Positions 1 to 10,133 of a stretch of 64,000 bases of DNA are shown here, one piece after another (position 1 is the stretch's first letter; each line of letters opens with the position of its first letter). The notes beneath the pieces were generated by a model. The model had not been told where the DNA came from. It worked only from the letters and a program-made list of their open reading frames with translations, and ran no database searches. The DNA comes from an uncultured Clostridia bacterium (GTDB lineage: Bacteria > Bacillota > Clostridia > Christensenellales > UBA1242). Position numbers and translations under genes: made by a program. The stretch is from contig CAKNIB010000006.1 in the NCBI GenBank assembly GCA_930979925.1, positions 1,233-65,232 of the forward strand. The letters are read 5' to 3'.

Positions 1-587
1 GCTTCATAGCTGATAAAATTAGGGTGAGATATTTTTTTGTTTAAAAGCATACGCTTGAGCGCATATTTTTTGAAAAAGGCAAGTTTTTCGTGCTTCATAA
101 ACCCAGCAAGCTGACCTCTCAAAATATTAGGTGCATGTTTGTAAAAATACTCAAGCACATATGGATTAAAAGATTGCACAGCATATTGACCTTTATAGTC
201 CTTTAACGCCTCAATAACTTTTTTCTCAAGCTCTCCAACTTTGCTTGGGTTTTTAATCTCAATTAAAAGTGGAGTTCTTCCGTCAACAAACTTTAATACC
301 TCATCAAAAGTAGGTATTTTTTCTTTGCTATCCTTAAGCGTTAAGATATCAAGGTCAGACTTATTTAAAAACTTGATATATCCATCATTATCCGTCAGCC
401 TTGACAAACTTTCATCATGAAAAACCACAAGCGTGCCATCAGAAATCATTTGGACGTCAAGCTCGATAGGATACCCACCATCAATAGCGCATTGAAAAGC
501 GGATAGCGAATTTTCAGGGTGCTCTTTGTCATGGAGCCCGCGATGAGCGATTGGAGTTTGAACCAGCCAAGAATTAAAAATATCCAT
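1..587 (-). CDS. Glycerophosphodiester phosphodiesterase (GDPD family). The N-terminal part is present; the 3' end runs off the window edge.
   Basis: My own translation of the minus strand from the ATG at 587 gives MDIFNSWLVQTPIAHRGLHDKEHPENSLSAFQCAIDGGYPIELDV..., which carries the GDPD signature (IAHRG...ENSL.AF...ELDV). An SD AAAGGTGG lies just upstream. The gene is absent from the ORF track because no stop falls inside the window. Confidence 0.7.
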   Translation of the reverse strand, partial: MDIFNSWLVQTPIAHRGLHDKEHPENSLSAFQCAIDGGYPIELDVQMISDGTLVVFHDESLSRLTDNDGYIKFLNKSDLDILTLKDSKEKIPTFDEVLKFVDGRTPLLIEIKNPSKVGELEKKVIEALKDYKGQYAVQSFNPYVLEYFYKHAPNILRGQLAGFMKHEKLAFFKKYALKRMLLNKKISHPNFISYE

Positions 588-801
588 TGCAACCACCTTT
601 AAATAAAAAATATAGACATATTTGTATATTTTATTCTAAATTACGCAAAAATAGGACAAATTACGCAATTTTTTGTAGATTTACTATTTTTATTATAACA
701 CACCGATTTAAATTTTGCAAAATAAAAACAGAGGTAAATTTGCATTTGCAATGATATTTTGGCTAAAGTTTTATGTTTTTATGTGGTAACAAGAAAAAAG
801 A

Positions 802-830
802 TTGATTTATTTTGCAATTTTTACTATAAT
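802..830 (+). promoter_or_regulatory. Sigma-A-type promoter of lepA (TTGATT-17 nt-TATAAT)
   Basis: TTGATT lies at 802-807, followed by a 17-nt spacer and TATAAT at 825-830. The lepA ATG is 7 nt further downstream. Confidence 0.5.
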
Positions 831-837
831 TTAAACC

Positions 838-2646
838 ATGGATAGAATTAAGAAGATAAGAAACTTTTGTATTGTAGCACACATTGACCACGGTAAATCC
901 ACCCTCGCTGACCGCCTTATTGAAAAGACGGGAACGCTTGCCAAACGTGATATGCAGGACCAACTTCTTGACAGCATGGACCTTGAGCGTGAAAAAGGAA
1001 TAACCATCAAACTCACGCCTACTCGCATGCTTTACACATATGAAGGGGAGGAGTACGAACTAAACCTCATTGACACGCCCGGACATGTTGACTTTACCTA
1101 CGAGGTGTCTCGCTCTCTCGCTGCTTGCGAGGGTGCCATACTTATTGTGGATGCCACTCAAGGTGTGGAGGCTCAGACGCTTGCAAATGCCTATCTTGCA
1201 ATAGACAACAATCTTGACATACTGCCTGTTATCAATAAGATAGACCTTCCAAGCGCTCGTCCTGAAGAGGTTAAGAAGGAGATTGAGGATGTTGTAGGCA
1301 TTCCTGCCATGCACGCACCATGCGTTTCGGCGAAGGACGGTACAAATATAGACCAGGTCCTTGAAATGATAGTCAAAGAGTTCCCAGCGCCAAAAGGTGA
1401 TGAGAACGGCAAGCTTAAGTGCCTCATTTTTGATAGCTATTATGATAACTTTAAGGGCGCAATCTGCCTAATTCGCGTCTTTGACGGCTCGGTTAAGGTG
1501 GGCGACGAGATAAAAATGATGCAGACAGGTAAGGTGTTTGATGTCACTGAGGTAGGCATTTTTGTGCCTTCTCCAAAGCCTGTCGACAGTTTAAAAGCGG
1601 GCGATGTTGGCTACCTTGCCGGCTCAATTAAAAATATCAGCGATATAGCAGTTGGAGATACTATCACTCATGTTGATAACCCTTGCGCTTTGGCTCTTCC
1701 AGGTTACAAAACAGTGCAACCGGTTGTTTTTTGCGGAGTTTTCACTGTTGATGGTGCAAAATATGGCGATTTAAAGGATGCACTTGAGAAATTAAAACTT
1801 AATGACGCCTCACTTGAGTACCAGCCAGAAAACTCTCAGGCTCTCGGCTATGGCTTTAGATGTGGCTTTTTAGGACTACTACACCTCGAGATAATAACAG
1901 AGCGCATTGAACGAGAATTTAATCTTGATATTATTACCACAGCGCCAAGCGTTTACTATCATGTGCATAAGACAAATGGTGAGATGATAGAGCTTTCAAA
2001 TCCATCTTCGTTGCCAAGCCCAACAGAGATTGATTATATTGAAGAGCCAGTTGTTAAAGCTAGCATTTTTACTCCACCAGAATACGTTGGCGCTATCATG
2101 GAACTTTGCCAAGAAAAGCGAGGAATTTATAAAGACCTAACCTATCTTGACACCAATAGGGTACGCCTAAGCTATGTTTTGCCACTCGGCGAGATTATAT
2201 ACGACTTTTTTGATAGCCTTAAGTCACGAACAAAAGGTTACGCCAGCCTTGATTACGAGATGGCGGGCTTTGAGCGAAGCGACCTTGTGCGTGTGGATAT
2301 ACTGCTCAACGGTGAAAAATGCGACGCGCTGTCAATAATTGTCCATAAGGATAAGGCCTACTCACGTGGCAGAGCGCTGACAGAAAAACTAAAAAAAATA
2401 ATACCGCGCCAGCTTTTTGAGGTGCCAATCCAAGCAGCAATAGGTAGCAAGATTATTGCTCGTGAGACTGTTTCTGCTATGCGCAAAGACGTGCTTGCAA
2501 AATGTTATGGCGGTGATATAACAAGAAAAAGAAAACTTCTTGAAAAACAGAAGGAAGGCAAAAAACGTATGCGCAAGATAGGCTCAGTAGAGATACCGTC
2601 AGAGGCTTTCATGTCCATTTTAAAACTTGACGATGATGATAAATAG
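838..2646 (+). CDS. lepA: Elongation factor 4 (LepA)
   Basis: The protein is 602 aa with a translational GTPase G-domain ([33 protein letters not shown]) and a LepA-type C-terminus. It sits next to hemW, as in Bacillus. Confidence 0.95.
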   Translation: MDRIKKIRNFCIVAHIDHGKSTLADRLIEKTGTLAKRDMQDQLLDSMDLEREKGITIKLTPTRMLYTYEGEEYELNLIDTPGHVDFTYEVSRSLAACEGAILIVDATQGVEAQTLANAYLAIDNNLDILPVINKIDLPSARPEEVKKEIEDVVGIPAMHAPCVSAKDGTNIDQVLEMIVKEFPAPKGDENGKLKCLIFDSYYDNFKGAICLIRVFDGSVKVGDEIKMMQTGKVFDVTEVGIFVPSPKPVDSLKAGDVGYLAGSIKNISDIAVGDTITHVDNPCALALPGYKTVQPVVFCGVFTVDGAKYGDLKDALEKLKLNDASLEYQPENSQALGYGFRCGFLGLLHLEIITERIEREFNLDIITTAPSVYYHVHKTNGEMIELSNPSSLPSPTEIDYIEEPVVKASIFTPPEYVGAIMELCQEKRGIYKDLTYLDTNRVRLSYVLPLGEIIYDFFDSLKSRTKGYASLDYEMAGFERSDLVRVDILLNGEKCDALSIIVHKDKAYSRGRALTEKLKKIIPRQLFEVPIQAAIGSKIIARETVSAMRKDVLAKCYGGDITRKRKLLEKQKEGKKRMRKIGSVEIPSEAFMSILKLDDDDK

Positions 2647-2765
2647 TTGATAAAATTTAAAAAACGACAAAATTTTTATAAAATAAAGTGTTTTTTAATG
2701 ATATTTATATAATTTTTAATGATTTTAATTACTTTTTTAATAAAAATCTAAATATCGAGGAGTTT

Positions 2766-3911
2766 ATGCTAGGAGTATATATCCACATACCATTTTGTCA
2801 AAGAAAATGCCTTTACTGCGCATTTTCTTCTTTTGTGGATTTAAAAGAAAAAGATAGATATATTGAGGCGTTAAAGGAGGAGATTGAAAACTTTAATTAC
2901 AGCTCTTATCCTAAAAACTTAAATCTTCCATTTGAAAAAGGTGAGGACGGCGCTCAAAAGCCAAAAATTGATACTATATACATAGGTGGCGGTACACCTA
3001 GCTTACTAGATGAGAAGGACTTAACCAGAATATTTGATACCCTAAAAGAGAAATTTAACATAGACGCTGATAGCGAGATAACACTCGAATGCAATCCAAA
3101 CTCTTTGACATATGAAAAGGCAGTTTTTTATAGAAAACTTAGCATAAATAGGCTGTCTATTGGCGTGCAAAGCCTTCGCGATGAGCAGTTAAAGTTTATA
3201 GGCAGACTTCATAGTAGCGCTCAAGCACTAGAAGCAATAGATATTGCAAAAAAAACGGGCTTTACAAATATTAGCTGTGATATGCTAATAGGGCTTTCTT
3301 CCTCTTCTGACCAGTTTATCGAAGACTTAAAAAAACTAATTGACAAAGGAATAACCCATATTTCTACATATATGCTTCAAGTTGAAGAAGGCACGCCACT
3401 TGCAAAGATGGTGAGTGCAAAACCACATCTCTTGCCCGACGATGACCAAAGCGTAGAAGTTTATAATAAAACATCCGAATTTTTAAAAAATAATGGATTT
3501 TTGCGTTACGAGGTATCAAATTTTGCAAAAAGAGGTTATGAAAGCAAACATAATATAAAATATTGGAGCGGTGATGATTATGTAGGCTTTGGTTTATCCG
3601 CTCACTCATATATAAAAGGCAACCGCTATGCAAATGCAAACAATTTTGCAGATTATTATGCTGGAAAGAGTAAACTTGAAGAAAAACTTTCAAAAAAAGA
3701 GCTTATTGAAGAGCATATTATGCTTGGACTTCGCTATAATGGTGGTGTAAGCATAGAATATCTTAAAAAATTAGGCTATAAAATAGAAAATAACGAAAAT
3801 TTAGCATATTTTACAGATAAAAATATAATTTCTCGCGACCAAAATAGAATTTATCTCAATCCTGACTTCTACGGAATAAACAATTTTATTATTGTAAAAT
3901 TACTTCCTTAA
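2766..3911 (+). CDS. hemW: Radical SAM heme chaperone HemW (HemN-like)
   Basis: It carries the CxxxCxxC cluster motif HIPFCQRKCLYCAF and the GGGTPS motif. I chose the ATG at 2766 (MLGVYIHIPF) because a GAGGAG SD precedes it; the ORF-track start at 2688 adds an implausible AT-rich extension. Confidence 0.85.
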   Translation: MLGVYIHIPFCQRKCLYCAFSSFVDLKEKDRYIEALKEEIENFNYSSYPKNLNLPFEKGEDGAQKPKIDTIYIGGGTPSLLDEKDLTRIFDTLKEKFNIDADSEITLECNPNSLTYEKAVFYRKLSINRLSIGVQSLRDEQLKFIGRLHSSAQALEAIDIAKKTGFTNISCDMLIGLSSSSDQFIEDLKKLIDKGITHISTYMLQVEEGTPLAKMVSAKPHLLPDDDQSVEVYNKTSEFLKNNGFLRYEVSNFAKRGYESKHNIKYWSGDDYVGFGLSAHSYIKGNRYANANNFADYYAGKSKLEEKLSKKELIEEHIMLGLRYNGGVSIEYLKKLGYKIENNENLAYFTDKNIISRDQNRIYLNPDFYGINNFIIVKLLP

Positions 3912-3993
3912 AATTAAAGAAAATACTTGATTTTATTTTTGCTTTATGCTATACTCTCAAAGTAAAGCATTTTTACTTTACAAGGGAAGGTCT

Positions 3994-4272
3994 ATGAAGG
4001 TCGAAGAAAATATCAGACTATGCAAATTATTTGATGCCTATGGCAAACTATTAAGCAAGGGTCAACAAGAGGTACTTTCATATTATTTAAATTATGACCT
4101 TACTATAAGCGAGATTGCATCAAACTTAGACGTTTCTAGACAGGCAATAAAAGACAGCATTTCTAAAGGCGAGAGAAAACTTGAGTCTCTAGAAGAGAAA
4201 TTAGGTCTTTTAAAGCGCATTGAAGAGCTTGAGGATAAAATCAATCAACTCTCAAGCAAAAAGGAGGATTAA
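3994..4272 (+). CDS. ylxM: YlxM/UPF0122 small HTH protein upstream of ffh
   Basis: It is a small sigma-70 region-4-like HTH protein (LTISEIASNLDVSRQAIKD) immediately upstream of ffh and overlapping it (TAATG). I chose the start MKVEENIR, which has the SD AAGGGAAGG. Confidence 0.8.
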   Translation: MKVEENIRLCKLFDAYGKLLSKGQQEVLSYYLNYDLTISEIASNLDVSRQAIKDSISKGERKLESLEEKLGLLKRIEELEDKINQLSSKKED

Positions 4273-5582
4273 TGGCACTTTTTTCATCACTATCAGAAAA
4301 ATTTAACCATATCTTCTCAAAGCTGACAAAAAGAGGGAGGCTTACCGAACTTGAAATTAAGGAGGCAATGAGAGAGGTTAGAATAGCACTGCTTGAAGCC
4401 GATGTAAATTACATGGTCGCAAAAGACTTTGTAAAAAATGTCTCCGAAAAGGCAGTTGGCGATGAAGTTTTGAAAAGCTTGACACCTGCTCAACAGGTTA
4501 TCAAGATTGTAAAAGACGAACTTACAAGCCTTATGTCCTCAAATAACCAAAAACTTGCCGTTTCGCCTAATCCGCCAACTATTATAATGATGTGCGGACT
4601 TCAAGGTGCAGGTAAAACCACAATGTGCGCAAAACTAGGAGCATATCTTAAAAAGTCTGGCAAGAAACCACTTCTCGTAGCCTGCGATATCTATAGACCA
4701 GCGGCAATCAATCAATTGCAGGTAGTAGGCAAACAGGCAAACGTCGAGGTGTTTGAGAAAGGCACACAAAATCCAGTGAAAACTGCAAAACAGGCAGTCG
4801 AGCATGCAACAAAGCAGGGCTTTGATACAGTTATCATTGATACTGCCGGCAGACTTCATATAAATGAAGAGTTGATGGACGAGCTAAAAAACATCAAAAA
4901 AGAAGTATCTCCAACCGAAATTTTGCTCGTTGTTGACGCAATGACTGGTCAGGACGCGGTTACAGTTGCAGACGCTTTTAATAAAGACCTTGACATAACA
5001 GGAATTATCCTTACCAAACTTGATGGTGATACTCGTGGTGGTGCTGCCTTGTCAATCAAGGCAATTACCGGCAAGCCTATAAAGTTTACCGGCGTTGGAG
5101 AAAAGATTGGCGATATTGAGCCTTTCTATCCAGACCGAATAGCCAGCCGAATACTTGGCATGGGCGATGTACTCTCACTTATTGAGAAGGCACAAGAGGC
5201 GGTGAGCGAAGAGCAGGCAAAAGAGCTTGAGCGTAAGTTTAAAGAAAATTCTTTCACCTTTGATGACTATTTAAATCAGATAGAAAGCATCAAAAAAATG
5301 GGTAACCTTAAGGATATTATAGGCATGATACCTGGTTTAGGCGGAAAGGTAAAGAACCTTGATATTGATGAGCAACAACTTATAGTCAACAAGGCAATTA
5401 TCCAGTCAATGACACCGCAGGAGCGTCGCAATCCAGATATAATCAAAGCTTCTCGCCGTCAGAGAATTGCAAAGGGTAGCGGAACATCTATCCAGCAAGT
5501 CAATCAGCTTCTAAAGCAGTTTGAGCAGTCAAAGGAGCTTATGAAGCAGATGAAAGGCGGAAAGTTTAAAAAGATGTTTTAA
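4272..5582 (+). CDS. ffh: Signal recognition particle protein Ffh
   Basis: The SRP54 N and G domains are present (GLQGAGKTTMCAKLG, DTAGR, TKLDGD), together with a Met-rich M domain. Confidence 0.95.
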   Translation: MALFSSLSEKFNHIFSKLTKRGRLTELEIKEAMREVRIALLEADVNYMVAKDFVKNVSEKAVGDEVLKSLTPAQQVIKIVKDELTSLMSSNNQKLAVSPNPPTIIMMCGLQGAGKTTMCAKLGAYLKKSGKKPLLVACDIYRPAAINQLQVVGKQANVEVFEKGTQNPVKTAKQAVEHATKQGFDTVIIDTAGRLHINEELMDELKNIKKEVSPTEILLVVDAMTGQDAVTVADAFNKDLDITGIILTKLDGDTRGGAALSIKAITGKPIKFTGVGEKIGDIEPFYPDRIASRILGMGDVLSLIEKAQEAVSEEQAKELERKFKENSFTFDDYLNQIESIKKMGNLKDIIGMIPGLGGKVKNLDIDEQQLIVNKAIIQSMTPQERRNPDIIKASRRQRIAKGSGTSIQQVNQLLKQFEQSKELMKQMKGGKFKKMF

Positions 5583-5698
5583 AACATTCTAATTTTAGAA
5601 AAACATCGCTATAGACAAAACAAAAATCAAATTTCAATGTATATCCTCGCTTAAAGAAATTTAGGCGCTAAAGATATAAATTTTTAAAGGAGGAAATC

Positions 5699-5953
5699 AT
5701 GGCAGTTAAAATCAGACTTACAAGAATGGGCGACAAAAAAGCACCTTTCTACAGAGTTATCGTTGCTGATTCTAGAGCACCAAGAGATGGTAAGTTTATC
5801 GACATTATCGGAACATACAATCCACTCACTGACCCAGCTCAAATCAACATTGATAAAGAGAAAGCAGAAAAATGGCTTAAAAATGGCGCTACACCAACTG
5901 ACACAGCAAAACAACTTCTTGTAAAGAGTGGCGTAATTGAAAAGAAACAATAA
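5699..5953 (+). CDS. rpsP: 30S ribosomal protein S16
   Basis: The N-terminus reads [34 protein letters not shown], and the SD is AAAGGAGGA. Confidence 0.95.
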   Translation: MAVKIRLTRMGDKKAPFYRVIVADSRAPRDGKFIDIIGTYNPLTDPAQINIDKEKAEKWLKNGATPTDTAKQLLVKSGVIEKKQ

Positions 5954-5980
5954 TAAATCCAAAATTTTAAGGAGCAAATA

Positions 5981-6211
5981 ATGAAAGAACTTGTAGAATA
6001 TATCGTAAAAAATCTAGTAATAGATGAGGCAAGTGTTAATGTAGCAGAAAGCGAAGAAGACGGCGTAACCATTCTTCACGTATCTGTTGCTCCAGATGAT
6101 ATGGGAAGAGTAATTGGCAAGGCTGGCAAGATTGCATCAAGCATAAGGTCAATAGTTAACTCTATCTCATCAAGACAGCACAAAAAAGTTGTTGTTAAAT
6201 TTGGAGAATAA
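5981..6211 (+). CDS. khpA: KH-domain RNA-binding protein (YlqC/KhpA)
   Basis: The protein is 76 aa with the KH GxxG motif (RVIGKAGKIASSIRSIV). It occupies the conserved position between rpsP and rimM. Confidence 0.8.
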   Translation: MKELVEYIVKNLVIDEASVNVAESEEDGVTILHVSVAPDDMGRVIGKAGKIASSIRSIVNSISSRQHKKVVVKFGE

Positions 6212-6213
6212 AA

Positions 6214-6699
6214 GTGATTGAAGTAGCTATCATTGTAAAACCGCAAGGAATAAAAGGGGAGGTCAAAGCTCGCCCTTTGACAAACGTCCTTGCTGTTTTT
6301 AAATCATTGAAAAATGCACAAGTTGGCGAAAAAAATGTGACAATAGAACACATTTCACTTCGTCAAGGCTTTTTGTATATAAAATTTAAAGAGGTAAAAA
6401 CGCGAAACGAGGCTGAAGAGCTCCGCAATCAGACCATTAGGATAGACAAAGAACTGCTCACCGAGGCAAAGGGCGAAGATGAGTTTTTTATTGACGACCT
6501 CATCGGCATGGTACTGTATGACGACAAAGGCGAACTTGTCGGACAGATAGTAGACGTAACAAACTATGGCACCTGCGACATCTTTGTCATAGAAAAAGAG
6601 GGTCGTAGATATGAAGCGCCATATGTAGACGATGTTTTTATAAAACAGGGCGACAGAATAGTTGTAGATAGCGAAAAACTCAAAGAGGTTTTGATATGA
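6214..6699 (+). CDS. rimM: 16S rRNA processing protein RimM
   Basis: It starts with GTG and carries the motif PQGIKGEVKARPLT plus a PRC-barrel C-terminus. Its position in the rpsP-rimM-trmD string supports the call. Confidence 0.9.
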   Translation: MIEVAIIVKPQGIKGEVKARPLTNVLAVFKSLKNAQVGEKNVTIEHISLRQGFLYIKFKEVKTRNEAEELRNQTIRIDKELLTEAKGEDEFFIDDLIGMVLYDDKGELVGQIVDVTNYGTCDIFVIEKEGRRYEAPYVDDVFIKQGDRIVVDSEKLKEVLI

Positions 6700-7367
6700 T
6701 TATAGATATTTTAACGCTTTTTCCAGAGTCCTTTTCCTATCTTAACTCAAGTATTCTCAAACGCGCGCAGGAGAGCGGAATACTAACAATCAATATAATA
6801 GATATCCGCACTTTTTCTAAGGACAAGCATAAAAAGTGTGATGACTATCCATTTGGTGGCGGGGCAGGCATGCTTATGACACCACAGCCTATCTATGACG
6901 CAATAAAAAGCGTGCAAAAAGAGAACTCTAAAATTATTTTACCTTCACCAAGCGGAAAAACACTATCACCATCACTTGCAAAAGAGCTTTCAAAAGAGGA
7001 ACATTTAATCTTTGTTTGCGGACACTATGAGGGCATTGACCAGCGCATAATTGATATTTTTAGTCCTTTGGAGATTTCAATAGGCGACTATGTGCTCACG
7101 GGTGGCGAGCTGTCAACTATGGTGATAATAGACACACTCTCAAGGTTTGTTGAAGGGGTTATCAGCGAAGAAAGTTTAGCAGAAGAGAGTTTCTCAAACG
7201 ACAATCTTGAGTATCCTCAGTATACAAGACCTGCCGACTTTATGGGCTATAAGGTGCCAGAGGTACTACTCTCTGGCAATCATGCCGAGATAGCAAAGTG
7301 GCGCAAACAGCAGTCAGAACAAAAAACTTTAGCCCGCCGTCCTGACCTAATAAAAGGCAAAAAATAA
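6696..7367 (+). CDS. trmD: tRNA (guanine37-N1)-methyltransferase TrmD
   Basis: It overlaps rimM by ATGA. The motifs DDYPFGGGAGMLM and SIGDYVLTGGE are present. Confidence 0.95.
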   Translation: MIIDILTLFPESFSYLNSSILKRAQESGILTINIIDIRTFSKDKHKKCDDYPFGGGAGMLMTPQPIYDAIKSVQKENSKIILPSPSGKTLSPSLAKELSKEEHLIFVCGHYEGIDQRIIDIFSPLEISIGDYVLTGGELSTMVIIDTLSRFVEGVISEESLAEESFSNDNLEYPQYTRPADFMGYKVPEVLLSGNHAEIAKWRKQQSEQKTLARRPDLIKGKK

Positions 7368-7443
7368 TAAAAATTTATAAAATTTATATAAAAATCATGA
7401 TTTTTTGTGTTTTTTTATTAATTTAGCTTAAAAAGGAGGAGAT

Positions 7444-8256
7444 ATGAAGATAAATTGGTTTCCCGGTCATATGAAAAAGGCTTTAAAAGAGATAAGAGAA
7501 CTTAACAATGTAGATGTCGTCATATACGTACTTGATAGTCGCGCGCCAATATCTTCTATCAATCCAAGCCTTAACAAAATTTCGCAAAATAAACCTGTCC
7601 TATATGTCTTTAACAAGATTGACCTTGCAGATGAGGGACGAGTAAAAGAACTTGCAAAATCTTACAAAGGTGAAAATTGCGATTATATTATCTTAAATAG
7701 CACGATGTCAGGAGCAGGTAAACTTATAAGGCAAAAGATAAACTCACTTGCAAAAGCAAAGATTGAAAAACTTAAGGCAAAGGGCATAAAAGCGGTAGTC
7801 AGAGCGGTTGTTGTCGGCGTACCAAACTCAGGCAAGAGCACTCTTGTCAATAACCTCTGTGGTAAGGCAAAGGCTGTCACTGGGAACCGCCCAGGAGTGA
7901 CAAAGACTACTCAGTGGCTATCAATCGGCGACAATATAGAGCTGTGTGACACACCTGGTACCCTTTATCCAAACCTATCTGACCAAGAGGTTGCCAAGAA
8001 ACTACTTTTCGTAGGTAGCATAAAAGATGAGGTAATAGCGGATATTTGCGAGCTTGCTGAGGAGTTTATAAAGATGGCATCTCTGCGTTATGAGAATTTA
8101 CTAAAAAACCGTTTTGGACAGGAGCTAACCCTTGAGGCAATAGCGAAGAGACGAGGTTATATCATTTCCAAAGACGAGTACGATATTGATAGAACAGCTC
8201 AGGCAATACTCGACGATTTTCGTAAAGGTAGAATAGGTAGGATTACTTTAGATTAA
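7444..8256 (+). CDS. rbgA: Ribosome biogenesis GTPase A (RbgA/YlqF)
   Basis: It has a circularly permuted GTPase layout: WFPGHMKKA, NKIDL, then GVPNSGKSTLVN. Confidence 0.9.
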   Translation: MKINWFPGHMKKALKEIRELNNVDVVIYVLDSRAPISSINPSLNKISQNKPVLYVFNKIDLADEGRVKELAKSYKGENCDYIILNSTMSGAGKLIRQKINSLAKAKIEKLKAKGIKAVVRAVVVGVPNSGKSTLVNNLCGKAKAVTGNRPGVTKTTQWLSIGDNIELCDTPGTLYPNLSDQEVAKKLLFVGSIKDEVIADICELAEEFIKMASLRYENLLKNRFGQELTLEAIAKRRGYIISKDEYDIDRTAQAILDDFRKGRIGRITLD

Positions 8257-8265
8257 GGGTCGCAC

Positions 8266-8610
8266 ATGAAAGAAAATAACAAAATAACAGGCAATATTGG
8301 AGAGCAAAAAGCTCAAAAATTTTTAAAAAAGAATAAATATAAGATTTTGGAATGCAATTATACTACTCAATTAGGAGAAATTGATATAATTGCAAAGCAA
8401 AAGGACTGCATTGTATTTGTCGAAGTAAAAACGCGAGAGACCTTAGAATATGGACGTCCAAGCGAGGCTGTGGGCGAGAGGAAACAAAATAAAATTCGCA
8501 AAGTTGCAATGCTATATTTACAAAGGAACAAACTCTTTGATGTTCCATGCCGATTTGATTGTATAGAGATAGTTGGTGATAAGATAAATCATTTGCAAGA
8601 CGCTTTTTAA
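8266..8610 (+). CDS. yraN: YraN family (UPF0102) endonuclease-like protein
   Basis: The protein is 114 aa and carries GEIDIIAK...IVFVEVKTR, typical of UPF0102. Confidence 0.8.
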   Translation: MKENNKITGNIGEQKAQKFLKKNKYKILECNYTTQLGEIDIIAKQKDCIVFVEVKTRETLEYGRPSEAVGERKQNKIRKVAMLYLQRNKLFDVPCRFDCIEIVGDKINHLQDAF

Positions 8611-8660
8611 GAGAGCGTATTAATTTTTAAAGTTTTGTCAATAATACTTAAGAGGTGTTT

Positions 8661-9176
8661 ATGACAAAATTTTTTTATAGGTCTATTTTTGCATTTATTT
8701 TAATTATACCCCTTATTTTCATGTTTGCCTGCGAGAATGCTACCAGACTTGAGTGTGCAAGTTTCTCAGAGATAACGTCAGCTGGAAGTGAAAATTATGC
8801 AGTTCGCGTTAACTTTGCAAGTGATAGTAGAATAAAGGAAAAATATCTTGATATACAGATAAAGACGGATAAGATATGCCAGCTTACCTTTTGGGAAGAG
8901 AATGACGAAAAACTATCATTAAACTTTCCTGACTTTGATGAGTGGTACTCACTAACCACGCTTATAGCAGAAGCAAAAGGCTTGCAAGGCGAGGAGGAGT
9001 TTGAAAAATATTCAGAGGCGGCAGGTAAAACCTATCTTTTTAATTATGATGGCGAGCTTAAAATAACCATGCGAGCGGTTGTTGGCGATATAGAGGATAA
9101 TAGCTCAGGTACCGGCAAAATACTTGTAGGAAGCGAACCGATATCGAGCCAGTTTAACTTAAAGATAAAAGCGTGA
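8661..9176 (+). CDS. Hypothetical lipoprotein
   Basis: An N-terminal signal peptide ends in the lipobox-like FMFAC. I prefer the ATG at 8661 because the SD AGAGGTG sits 5 nt upstream. I recognise no domain. Confidence 0.55.
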   Translation: MTKFFYRSIFAFILIIPLIFMFACENATRLECASFSEITSAGSENYAVRVNFASDSRIKEKYLDIQIKTDKICQLTFWEENDEKLSLNFPDFDEWYSLTTLIAEAKGLQGEEEFEKYSEAAGKTYLFNYDGELKITMRAVVGDIEDNSSGTGKILVGSEPISSQFNLKIKA

Positions 9177-9211
9177 AAGTTAGTTTTCTTCAAAATTTAG
9201 TAAAAATATAA

Positions 9212-9242
9212 ATAAAAGCAAAAAACGCTTTTATTTTTTTTT
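9212..9242 (+). terminator. Rho-independent terminator
   Basis: The stem is ATAAAAGC/GCTTTTAT, followed by a run of 8 T. Confidence 0.6.
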
Positions 9243-9290
9243 AATTTATAGTAATATAATATATAGAAAAAGTTTTTTGAGGTGTCAAAA

Positions 9291-10013
9291 GTGATAAGAA
9301 TAAAAAATTTATATCTTCGTTATACTCGCGAGTTTTATGCTTTATATAATGTTAATATTGAAGTGTCACAAGGCGAAAGTGTAGCCCTTGTCGGCGAAGA
9401 TGAAAGCGGTAAGACCAGCCTTCTTCGAATTCTTGCCAAGCTTGAAAAACTTACTAAAGGCGAGGTTTTTGTCAAAGATATACCTATCAAAAAATTAAAT
9501 TTTAAAACTGACATAAATGCCGGCTATGTTCCAGCGACTCCAGTATTTTTGAAGAAAAAGTCGGTCTATGAAAACTTTAAATATATTTTAAAGGGTTGGG
9601 ACCTTACCGATAAAGAGATAGAAGCAAATATAAATAACACAATAATTGAGTATTCGCTTGAAAAAATCAAGGATACAAAGATAAAAGACTTGACACTTGA
9701 AGAAAAATATGTTCTCTCACTTATTAGACTTACAATGCGAGGCGACCTCGAACTTTTAATGATTGATAATATATTTGAGAAGCTCAGCGAACCTACAAAA
9801 GAGGTTGTTTTTAACTTAATAAAACAATTAAAGAAGAAAAAGACCACACTTATTGTTGCAACTACCAAAGAGGAAATTGCAGACGCTCTTTGCAAGCGAA
9901 AGATTTACTTTAAATATGGCTCGGTTGTCGACAGTTTAGAAGAGGAAGACGATAATAAGACCAATAAACCACATACGAAACAACTTATAGAGAAGATGAA
10001 AGAAGAACAATAA
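9291..10013 (+). CDS. Orphan ABC-ATPase-like protein with degenerate catalytic motifs
   Basis: Walker A is present (GEDESGKTS). The signature reads LTLEEK instead of LSGGQ, Walker B reads LLMIDN with no catalytic Glu, and the H-loop His is replaced (VATT). I chose the GTG at 9291 (MIRIKNLYLRY) with SD GAGGTG; the track start is 9282. No permease gene is adjacent. Confidence 0.6.
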   Translation: MIRIKNLYLRYTREFYALYNVNIEVSQGESVALVGEDESGKTSLLRILAKLEKLTKGEVFVKDIPIKKLNFKTDINAGYVPATPVFLKKKSVYENFKYILKGWDLTDKEIEANINNTIIEYSLEKIKDTKIKDLTLEEKYVLSLIRLTMRGDLELLMIDNIFEKLSEPTKEVVFNLIKQLKKKKTTLIVATTKEEIADALCKRKIYFKYGSVVDSLEEEDDNKTNKPHTKQLIEKMKEEQ

Positions 10014-10017
10014 AAAC

Positions 10018-10059
10018 AAAGCGGTTAAATAATAGAAAATGTTACTTAACCGCTTTTTT
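10018..10059 (+). terminator. Rho-independent terminator
   Basis: The stem is GCGGTTAA/TTAACCGC, followed by TTTTTT. Confidence 0.7.
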
Positions 10060-10061
10060 AT

Positions 10062-10098
10062 AGAAAAAGAATAACACTAATAAGTTGAGTGTTATTCT
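10062..10098 (-). terminator. Rho-independent terminator for the minus-strand Q/N-rich gene
   Basis: The stem is AGAATAACACT/AGTGTTATTCT, with a T-run on the minus strand. Confidence 0.65.
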
Positions 10099-10133
10099 TT
10101 ATGCACGCAAAAATCACACGAATGTAATGATTG

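Noticed and set aside
638-668. Direct repeat AAATTACGCAA x2 (20-bp period) in the glpQ/lepA divergent region
   Set aside because: The repeat is short and AT-rich, with only two copies and no partner regulator in view. It could be an operator, but the evidence is too thin to call.
2688-2765. N-terminal extensions given by the ORF track (hemW 2688, ylxM 3946, murG 13336, deacetylase 18251, ileS 37444, ABC 48576, rluA 45806, small ORF 20084)
   Set aside because: Internal ATG codons preceded by strong SDs give N-termini that match the conserved family starts. The extensions are AT-rich read-through of upstream non-coding DNA; for ileS the extension lies inside the T-box terminator.
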